NCBI RefSeq assembly: GCF_004010195.1
Contig: NC_057718.1
Location: 53,214,138 to 53,258,488, forward strand
DNA length: 44,351 nucleotides
Direction of reading: 5' to 3'
From: Chiloscyllium plagiosum
Taxonomy: Eukaryota
Part shown: piece by piece, positions 34,863-44,351 of the stretch
How the letters are laid out: each line of letters opens with the position of its first letter
Position numbering within the stretch: position 1 is the stretch's first letter
The notes under the pieces: model-generated
What the model was told of the DNA's origin: nothing
The model's input: only the letters and a program-made list of their open reading frames with translations
Database searches by the model: none
Made by a program: the position numbers and the translations under genes

Positions 34863-35512
34863 TGTAAGGCTTTCAATATGTCACTCAAGGCAGTTCAGGG
34901 GTCACTGAAGCAGGTTTGAATGGTTACAGAAAGTAAGTGAGAGGGTGACAGATAGATTTAAAGCTAGGAGAGTGTGGTTAGCTGTATTGTTGGGAGGCAG
35001 CTGACAAATACAGGTTCTGCACAGAGGATGTAATGTGGAGCAAGACTAGATGGTTTGGTCTATTTTGTTAGAACTCAGGATGATGTTCTAGGAATTAGTA
35101 GGCAGCAAAGTTTTGGCATTAGGACTCAAAAGAAGTCCTGAGGAGCTGGAATAATAGGAAGGCCATTTGTTCTGTGTTGGAGAAAGTCTTGACAGCCTAT
35201 GCAAGTATCTGATAAACCTCTGGGATCCATCTTGGTTGTTGTTTAATGTTTGCTGTGGGAATGTTTGATCACAATCTAATACCCTATTTACTGCATATTC
35301 AATCTGGCATTAGATGTAAATTACACATATATTGCATCTTAAATTACTGTTCTAAAGCTTTATAGCAAAGTTTATTGTTGATTGTTCAAATTCATGAAAT
35401 CTTATGACTTTATTACCTTGGTAAGTCTGCTGAATTTCACACTTTGCTCACTTTGAAAAAAGGAGTTACTGATCCTTAGCCAGATCATAACAGTTCATGG
35501 TCTAGTCAGGGG
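34863..35512 (+). mobile_element. Possible old LTR with a degenerate tRNA-Pro PBS
   Basis: TGTAAG...GATCATAACA (ends 35492), followed by TGGTCTAGTCAGGG, a 10/14 match to the PBS-Pro core GGGGCTCGTCCGGG. Confidence 0.4.
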
Positions 35513-36566
35513 AGGCAAAGACACTGAAAAATGGTGAAGGAAATAGGCAAGCTATGTATCAAATGCCAAATGAATCAACTTAGTGACTTCCCCGATAGAA
35601 TCAACAAATTGAGACTATTTACTTTTAACAACAAAAAGATGATTATTCCAAGTTCAGTCCCAATTTGAACATAACTTAGTCAGTCAATTTTATGCCTCTG
35701 CTGATGATCTGTTCCATGTCCTTGAATATATTTCAAAACTGTTCTAATATCATTAGGTTGTTAGGTTGAAATCCAGGCTATTAAGTCCAAACTCGTGGAA
35801 ATTAATTTTTTTTGTAATTTGATAATGCCAGATCATACAAATTCCTGTGGCTATTTCAACAAAATCTTTTGATTGACATTTGCTAATTGGCCCAAGGGTT
35901 CAATGATTTATAAATCTATAAGTATCTATAAACTTTTCTCTAAACTTTTCATGAAATGTTGCTGTATACAGTAAAATTAGAGAAATTTTGGAAATCATAG
36001 ACCATAGATAGACAAATGATTATTAATGCCATGTATCACAACTTAATGGAATGTTGTATATCAAATTAATTATAGATAAGAATGAATTGATAAACCACTC
36101 TCCTGCTGATGAGAAACCTAAGGGTTGAAATTTATTACCATATCATAAAAACTTACCGGGTTACTTAAAATATTTGGAAATTTGGGTGGAAATGTTCCTA
36201 TAAATTTCTAATTCTAAGTATGATATTCTGCTTTAACTTCAATTATCAATAAAGCTCATTAATCATGGCATATCGTCCAATTAATATATTGTGTTAGATC
36301 GAGTTGGGAAATACTTTAAATATTCTTTGGTCTTTTCTAGATTAATTCAGGTTAATCAAGAATTCATGAAGTAACAATTCATGAAGTAACATTTCTGAAA
36401 ACTAAGGTTTATTATTTGTCTTTCTGATTTTGTATTGAAAACATACTAATACAATATAATTTTCAAAGGTTAATTACATAAACTGTAGGAACAAATATTG
36501 CATCTCATAGCCAGTCTGTCATAGCCACTGACAGGGATTTCAGGGCAAGATTGAATGGTCCCCACT

Positions 36567-36693
36567 CCTGCTGAAAGGTCCCAAACTAAAACGTTGATTT
36601 TCCTGCTTCTCTGATACTGCCTGACCTGCTGTGGCTTTCCAGCTCCACATTTGATTGACTCTGATTTCCAGCATCTGCAGTCCTTATTATCTC
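36567..36693 (+). mobile_element. Short Penelope-derived end with a decayed hammerhead core
   Basis: CTGCTGA-AAGGTCCCAAACT-AAAACGTTGA, then CTGCCTGACCTGCTGTG..TTCCAGC..CCAGCATCTGCAGTCC. This is the reverse complement of the 4586-4726 family. Confidence 0.75.
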
Positions 36694-37395
36694 CAAATCT
36701 TTGAATAAGGTCAGTCTATTTCTTGCCACATAATCTGAGTAAAAATAAAAGCCCAGTAAAATTTATAAGTAGAAATCAATTGATCTATTTAAAGACTGTT
36801 ACTTAACAAAGTAATCGGCATTCTTTTGTCATATGACATTATTTTTACATGTGGTCAATTTTTACAACAAAATTCTCAGTGTTTTCTTTTCAAATTTAAT
36901 ATACCCCCTTGTTTGTATCAGCATTGACCAATACACATAGGCTTTTCATAGTGAACATGGTTGTAAACTTAGGTCTGCCTGGTTTTGTTGACTATTTTAG
37001 ACCTTGTGAACTGTAATCAATTTATTATATGTTCTAAGAATGGAATGCTGCACTGGTGCACTTACCTTAAGGGAGCTGTACTTTGGTTCTATCGAGCTAT
37101 CTCACCAGGACAGTTGCGTTTAGTTTTGGGCATCCATTCTCAGAAAAGCTATAATAGCCTTGAAGGATGTATGATGTACTGTTGACCACAATTGTAGCAG
37201 CAGTTCAGGGCTAAGTTATGAGAACTGTTTACACAAATTGGTGCAAAATGCCCTGGTCCTTTTCCTGACGAGACCAATCAGCCTATCGTCATTTGGCAGA
37301 AAGTACAAGTGTCAATTATTAAAGATTTAGTAGCACAGAACTTGGAAAACTGTGGCAGAACTAGCATGGATTCATGACAAAAAAAAGCATGATCA

Positions 37396-40391
37396 AGAAC
37401 ATAGAAAAGTACACGACCTTCAGCCCTTGAGGTTGTGCTGATCTTTTATTCTACTATAAGATCAAACTGACATACATGCCCTTCATTGTACTATCATCCA
37501 TGTGCCTATACAAGAGTCGTTTAAATGTCCCTAATGTATCTGACTCTACGTCCACTACTGGCAGTGCATTCCATGCACCCACCACTCTCTGTGTAAAGAA
37601 CCTACCTCTGACATCTCCCCTTAACCTTTCTCCATTCATCTTAAAAGTATGGCCCTACATGATAGCCATTTCCATCCTGAGGAAAAGAAATTCTGGCTAT
37701 CCACTCTATCTATGCCATACATCATCTTGTACACCTCCTTTGAGTCACCTCTCATTCTTCTTCACTCCAATGAGAAAAGCCCTAGCTCCCTCAACCTTTT
37801 TTCATAAGGCCTGCCCTCCAGTCCAGGCAGCATCCTGGTAAATCTCCTCTGCACCTGCTCTAAGGCTTTCATATCCTACCTATAATGAGGTGACCAGAAC
37901 TGAACACAGTGTGGTCTAACCAGGGCTTTATAGAGCTGCACCTCACGGCTCTTAAACTCAATCCCCCTGCTAATGAAAGCCAACATACCATATGCCTTCA
38001 TCACAACCCTATCAACTTAGGGTGGACATGCACCCCAAGATCCCTCTGTTCCTTGGCACTGCCTTTAATCCTGTAATCTGCATTCAAATTTGACCATCCA
38101 AAATGAATCACTTTGCATTTTTCCAGTTTGAACTCCATCTGTCATTTCTCAGCCCAACTCTGCACCCTGACAATGTCCTATTGCAACCTACAACAGCCCT
38201 CCACACTATCCACAAGTCCACCAGTCTTCATGTCATCGGTAAACCTACTACCCCACCCTTCCAATTCCTCATCCAAGTCATTTATAAAAATCACAAAAAA
38301 CAAAGGTCCCAGAACAAATCCTTGTGGAACATCACAGTTCACTGAGCTCCAGGCTGAATACTTTCCATCTACTACCACCCTCTGTCTTCTATATGCCAGC
38401 CAATTCTGTATCCAGACAGCCAAATTTCCCTGTATCCAATGCCACTTTACTTTCTGAATGAGCCTACCATGGGAACCTTATCAAATGCCTTGCTAAAATC
38501 CATGTACACCACATCCACTGCTCTAACTTCATCAATGCCACATCCTCAAAGAATTCAAGAAAGCTTGTATCAATGCCACATCCTCAAAGAATTCAAGAAA
38601 GCTTGTGAGGTATAGCCTGCCCTTCACAAAGCCGTGCTGACTATCTGTAATCAAACTATGCTTTTCCAAATAATCATAAATCTTGTCTCTCAGAATCCTG
38701 TCCAGTAATTTGCTCACCACAAACATAATACTGACTGGTCTGTAACTCCCAGGTTTATCCCTATTCTCCTTCTTGAACAAGGAAATAACATTTACCACCC
38801 TCCAATCATCTGGTACTATTCCAGTGGACAGTAAGGATGCAAAGATTATCACCAAAGGCACAGTAATCTCTTCCCTCGCTTCTTGTAGTAACCTTGGATA
38901 TATCCCATTTGGCCAAGGGAATTTATCTATCCTTATGTGTTTCAATATTTCCAGCACATCCTCCTTCTTAATATCAACTTGTTCAAGCATATCAGCCTGT
39001 TTCACACTGTCCTCACGAATGACAAAGTCCCTCTCATGAGTGAATACTGAAGCAAAGTATTTATTAAGGACCTCCCTATCTCCTCCGATTCAAGGCACAA
39101 GTTCCCTCCACTATCCCTTATCAGCCCCACCCTCACTGTGGCCATCTTCTTGTTACTCTCATTTGTGTAGAATGCCTTGGGTTTTCCTTAATCTACCCAT
39201 CAAGGCTTTCTCATGCCCCCTTCTAGCTCTCCTAAGTCCATTCTTCAGTTCCTTCCTGGCTACCTTGTAACCCTCTAGAACCCTGTCTGATCCTTGCTTC
39301 CTCATTCTTAAGTAAGCTTCTTTCTTCCTCTTGACTAGATGTTCTACATCTCTTGCCATGCAAGATTCCTTCACCCTATCACCCCTTCCTTGCATCAGTG
39401 GGACCAACCTGTCCACTACTCACAGAAAGTGCTCCCTGAACAACCTCCACATTTCTGTTGTGCATTGAGAAATCTGATCCCAATTTATGCTCCACAGTTT
39501 TTGCCTAATAGCATTGTAATTCCCCCTCCCACAATTAAATACATTCCCATACCATCTGCTCCTATCCCTCTCCATGACGATAGTAAAGGTCAGGGAGTTG
39601 TGATCACTATCACTGGAATGCTCTCCCATCGAGAGATCTGACACCTGACCTGGATCTTTGCCAAGGACCAAATCCATTATGGCCTCTCCTTTAATCAGCC
39701 TTTCTACATATTGAGTCAGCAATCCTTCCTGGACACACCTGACAAAACCTGCTCCATCCAAGTTATTTGCACTAAGTAGGTTCCAACTAATATTAGGGAA
39801 GTTGAAGTCACTCATGACAACAACCCTGTTCCTTGTGTGCCTTTCCAAAATCTGCATCCCAATCTGCTTCTCTGTGTCCCTGTTACTTATTTGGGGGTCT
39901 ATAGAAAACTTCCAATAAAATGACTGCTCCTTTCCTGTTTCTGGGCTCCCGCCCATTCTGACTCTGGAAACAAACCCTCCTCAATAACCTCACTTTCTGC
40001 AGCTGTGATATTATCCCTGAATAGTCATGCCATTCCCTCACCTCTTATACCTCCCTCCCTATTCCTTTTGAATCATCTAAACCCCAGAACATCCAACAAC
40101 TATTCCTGCCTCTGTGATATCCAAGTCTCCGTAATGGCCACAGCATCGTAGCTCCAAATATTGATTCATGCTCTAAGTTCATCTCCTTTAATCCTAACAG
40201 CTCTTGCATTAAAACAGACACACTTCAAACTATCACACTGACTGCAACTTTGCCCTGTCTATCCTTCCTCACAGATTCTCTGCATGCTGTATTTGCCTGT
40301 TCACTAGCTACTCCATCTTCTGATCTGTAGTTCCAGTTCCCATCCCCCTGCCAAAATAGCTTAAACCTTTCTGAAGAGCTCTAGCAAACCT
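37396..40391 (-). mobile_element. CR1 LINE, about 3.0 kb: near-complete degenerate ORF2 (APE endonuclease plus RT) and the last codons of ORF1
   Basis: ORF 39420..39956 VVVMSDFNFPNISW..DLVLG..SDHN. ORF 38532.. PDDWRVVNV..SYRPVS..SQHGF. ORF 38178.. VPQGFVLGP..FTDD. 40341-40391 reads RFARALQKGL. A 38-bp tandem duplication lies at 38531-38606. Confidence 0.96.
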
Positions 40392-40404
40392 AGTGTAACC
40401 TGAT

Positions 40405-41800
40405 GTAACTAGTCAAGTTGATAAGGGGGAGGCAATAGGTTTGGCTTAATTGGACTTTCAGAAGGCTTTTAACAAAGTCCAACATAAGATATTAGTGTCT
40501 AAACTTAATAATTGTGAGATTGGGGGTACTGTATTGAGGTGCATAAAACACTGGTTGTCAGGCATGAAACAAAGAGTATTTATAAAATTTTATTTTTTCC
40601 AAATGGCAGGCAGTGTCTAGGGAGGTGTCACAGGGATCGGTGCTAGGGTCCAAGCTATCCACAAAATATATTAATGACTTAGTTGAGAAAACTAAATGTA
40701 GCATCTCCAAATTTGTCACATGACGCAAAGGGAGGGTCAGCTATGAGAAGGATGCAGAAAAACCTTACTGTGATTTGACAAGCTGAGTAGGTAAATACAT
40801 AGCAAATACAGTACAATATGGAAAAATGTGAGGTTAGCCACTCTGATAACAAATAATACAAAGGCTATCTGAACAGCTATAAATTGAAGAGAGATGAATG
40901 TGTTGTGAGACCTGTGTAGCCTAAGTTGCTTAAGGTAAGCATGCAGTTGGAATCGAAGCGTGCGACATTGGAAAAGCACAGCAGGTCAGGCAGTATCCAA
41001 GGGGCAGGAAAATCCATGTTTCAGGCATAAGCCCTTAATCATTCCTGAGGCACTTTTCCAGCACCATACTTTTAAACTCTGACTCTCTAGCATCTGCAGT
41101 CCTACTTTGTCCTAGTAAGCATGCAGTTGCAATGTGCAGTGATGAAAGTGAGTGGTATTTTGGCCTTCATAGCTAGAGGGTTCAACTACAGGAACAGGAA
41201 TGTTTTGCTGGAATTGTACAGAGCATTAATGAGGCCACGCCTACAGTATTGTGTGCAGCATTGGTCTCTTTATCTTAGAAAGGATTTTAGAGAGGGAGTG
41301 TAACAAAGGTTTACCAGATTCCTGGAATGATGGGACAGACATAGGAGGAGAGGTTGAATCAGTTACAGTTATATTCATTGGAGTTCAGAAGAATGAAGGA
41401 GAATCTTATCGAAGCCTATAAAAATTGAGCAGGACTAGATATAGTGGTCGCAGGAAAGATGTTACTGATGGAGGTTGGAGGGGTTGGGGATGGGGGGGAA
41501 GGCGAGATGGATTCCAGAACCAGTGATCGCAGTCTAAGGACAAGCAGGTTACTTAGGACCTAGATGAGGAGAGAATTATTCACTCAGGGAGTGGTGAATA
41601 TATGGAATTCTCCACTGCAGAAAACAGTTGAGGACATAGCATTGAATGATTTCAAAAAGGAGTTGGAATAAATTCTTAGGGCTAAATGGACCGAAGGATA
41701 TGGGGGAGAAACAGGAAAAGGTGATTGAGTTGGATGATCAATGGCAGAGCAAACTTGAAGGACCAAATGGCCAACTCCTGCTCCCATTTTCTATGTTTCA
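40405..41800 (+). mobile_element. Older CR1 LINE 3' half, interrupted by a Penelope derivative
   Basis: DFQKAFNKV and VSQGSVLG. ORF 41121.. LYRALMRPRLQYCVQHWS. 3' UTR ends CTCCTGCTCCCATTTTCTATGTTTC. Confidence 0.88.
40950..41114. mobile_element. Penelope-derived fold-back insertion with a 15-bp TSD
   Basis: TSD GTAAGCATGCAGTTG at 40935-40949 and 41115-41129. The left arm is antisense (GGAAAAGCACAGCAGGTCAGGCAG..) and the right arm is sense (CTTTTCCAGCACC..GCATCTGCAGTCC). Confidence 0.88.
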
Positions 41801-43159
41801 ATCAGAAGCATTTTGGGCACAATTTTTTTTTGAACACTCAAAGACCATCCTGAGGGGAATTCACAAACTGCATTCTGGATTTATCTCCAATCTGAGATCT
41901 GGATTGCACTATCACTTTTGCACATCTGCAAAGCAAAATTGCTCTTTGCTGCAAAAATGTTAGCATGTTCTCCTAAATTCTTAATATTGATGAGAATAAC
42001 TTATGCCAGATACGTAAAAATGACATTTGTATCAATGCTTGTAATGGGGAATGAAATATATAATTAACAAAGAAAATTATGTAACCTCCATTGCAGGGAC
42101 AGAATGATACAATTGTATAAATGGATGAATTAACAATGAAGAAATGAATGAATGTCAGTTGGGGTAAACAGTGTGTGAAATGCAAATTTAAACAAACTTG
42201 AAACCAAAATGATGTCCATAAAATAGAATTTTTAAAAAAGCCAAACCTATTGCCAAATATATATTCGGAGTTAGCTCAGCAGTAAGCCCTTTTGAGTAAA
42301 AGTGTGCCACTAATCTCAGCAATTCATGTGATTACTCATAAAATCTCATTATTCAACATGCTCAAGTTGGTAGCTTTGGCACCTGAAAAGATTGAACTCT
42401 TAGTACTGCACAAAAATGACAATTGCTCAGGAGCAAATAACTCAGCATGAAGTGAAGGGCAGACAAAATCTCCGTGCTTGAATTAGAGTCAATTTGATGG
42501 CACTACAAACTCTGGAAATGTTCAGACTTGAAAATAGTCCAGAAATTCATAAGAGAAAGCATAGCTTAATTTTAAGCATTTCATATAAAGAAGAATAGTC
42601 ATTTAAACAATTGAATGACTACATGTGAGGCAGTTTCCCTAAGGGATAATTTGAGTTAAAACTAATAGTTACCTGGGAGAATGCAGGTTAAGGTAAATGA
42701 TGTGATAAGGACTAATATTCTTGAGTTTTTTGATAGGGTAGCTTGAAGGGTTGATGAGGATAATGTTAGATATCGATCTGAAAGGATTCATACTGGATGG
42801 AGTGCAATGACCAACCAAAGTGATGATATCTTTGAGGACATGAGGGAGAGCAAAGTAAGATTTTATGGGAGACAGGCCAAAAGCTAGTTCCCTTCCACAA
42901 TCTTTGTCATAATGTGGAGTGTATTCTTATAATCTGTACTTTGTTACATCTCTAATTGTTTACATTGTTACACTATAAGACTCTTCGTGTTTGGTCAAAA
43001 GGTGGTTACCCTCACATGGTGCCTAAGAACATGCACGCTCAGCAGGAACTCCCACACTGAGAAGATAAACAAGGCAGCACACACAGCATGGTGATCAGCT
43101 TGGGATCTGAAGGTTTAATTCAGCAGCACAAGTCACAATAAGACAACACGCTGGTAACC

Positions 43160-43842
43160 TGTACAAGGTGCTGGTGAGAGCACATCTTGAGTATTGTGAG
43201 CAGTTTTAGATAGATAGGAAAGAGACAGTTCAGAGAAAGTTCAGAGAGATTGCTGGGACTTTGACAGAGATACTTATATCTGCTTCAACAGACAAGGTCC
43301 CAGAAGCTGGAGAACAGCCAATGTTGTTCCTTTATTTTTCGAAGGGCAACAGGGTAATCCAGGAAATCATGAGCCAGTGAGCCTTATATGAGTGGTAGGG
43401 AAATTATCAGAGAACATCCTTAGGGACAGGATTTACTCACATTTGAAAGGTAATGAACTTATTAGGGAGAGTCAGCATGGTTTTTTTTTCTGGGAAGGTT
43501 TTGCCTCACAAATTTGATTGAATTTTTTGAGGTCGTGATGATGATGATTGATGAGGGAGGGCAGTGGATGTTGTATACATGGACTTTGCTAAAGTATTTG
43601 ACAAGGTCATTCAGAATGTGCTCGCCCAGAAGATCACATGACATGGGATCCACAGGGAGTTGGTAAGTTGGTTGCAAAAATGGCAACATCATAGAAGACA
43701 AGCAGTAGTGTGGAGGGGTGTTTTTTTTCTGATTAGAGGTCTGTGACCACTGGTGTTCTGCAAGGATTAGTGCTGGGACCTGTGTCTTTTTAATTTATTG
43801 AAGTGATTTGGATGAAAATGTAAGTGGTCTGGTTAGTAAGTG
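43160..43842 (+). mobile_element. CR1 fragments (RT region)
   Basis: LYKVLVRAHLEYCEQF at about 43160, then ANVVPLF, SQHG, VDVVYMDFAKVFDKV and VLQGLVLGP. Confidence 0.85.
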
Positions 43843-44200
43843 CCTGGGATCACAAAGTGGATCCAAACGATTCTTTATGGATTCTGTTAAAAGTCGTTAA
43901 AAAAAGGGTTAACAATTGCAATTTGCACAAGCATGAAAATTTATTGAGTAAAAGTAAAAGATGGAAAAGGAGGGAAAAATAAAAGACTGAACTATAAACA
44001 TTGATTAAGGAATAAAAAAGATGGAAAAGGTAGGAAAAAAAAACAACAAGCCTCACACCCTCCTGCATGTCGGGGACCCCTCTATCAATGGATGGTCCAG
44101 AAGCTTAGATTGTTCCTGGCGCCATTCACGATTCCAGTCCAAGGTGAAGTCCAATGACTTGGATCAAAGCTCTCTCTCGTATACAGTGTAACAAACAACC
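43843..44200 (-). mobile_element. Possible LTR fragment, antisense
   Basis: CpG-retaining block that abruptly interrupts the CR1. TTTATTG (antisense polyA signal) at about 43939. Termini not resolved. Confidence 0.3.
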
Positions 44201-44351
44201 AGCACAGGAGCAGTAAAATTGACGTTTCGGGCAAAAGCCTTCATCAGGAATAAAGGCAGAGAGCCTGAAGGGTGGAGAGATAAGTGAGAGGAGGGTGGGG
44301 GTGGGGAGAAAGTAGCATAGAGTACAATAGGTGAGTGGGGGAGGGGATGAA
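44201..44351 (-). mobile_element. 3' pseudo-LTR end of a Penelope-like element running off the window
   Basis: Same end motif as 4670-4715, followed by a purine-rich stretch that is pyrimidine-rich on the element strand. Confidence 0.8.
44217..44250 (-). ncRNA. Minimal type-I hammerhead ribozyme motif (Penelope-associated)
   Basis: Minus strand reads TTC-CTGATGA-A-GGC-TTTT-GCC-C-GAAAC-GTC-AATT. The CUGAUGA and GAAA boxes are intact, stem II is present, and a palindromic ACGU precedes the GUC cleavage triplet. Confidence 0.7.

Overview
This is eukaryotic, AT-rich, repeat-dense non-coding DNA. The repeat content (an HE1-type V-SINE with a (TAATC)n tail, many CR1 LINEs, a Rex1/Babar LINE, Penelope derivatives) points to a shark or other elasmobranch genome, possibly an orectolobiform; that assignment is inference. 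I could not identify an intact host protein-coding gene. Every recognisable ORF in the track is a transposon remnant. Roughly half the window is a nested fossil record of CR1, Rex1, an L2/CR1-group LINE, Gypsy pol, solo LTRs, Harbinger transposase and Myb/SANT remnants, and Penelope pieces. The most notable items are: (1) a 2.7 kb single-ORF LINE with a tRNA-like Pol III head, enclosed by a perfect 10-bp TSD, plus short head-and-tail derivatives elsewhere in the window; (2) six Penelope-derived ends, several folded back, carrying minimal hammerhead-ribozyme cores; (3) a CpG-retaining solo LTR with repeated GTCACGTG E-boxes, CCAAT, TATA and polyA signals; (4) a GC-rich 26-bp VNTR joined to a Rex1-like tail; (5) an inverted templated duplication inside a dead Gypsy element. 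All calls were made by eye with no database search, and boundaries are approximate unless a TSD is given.
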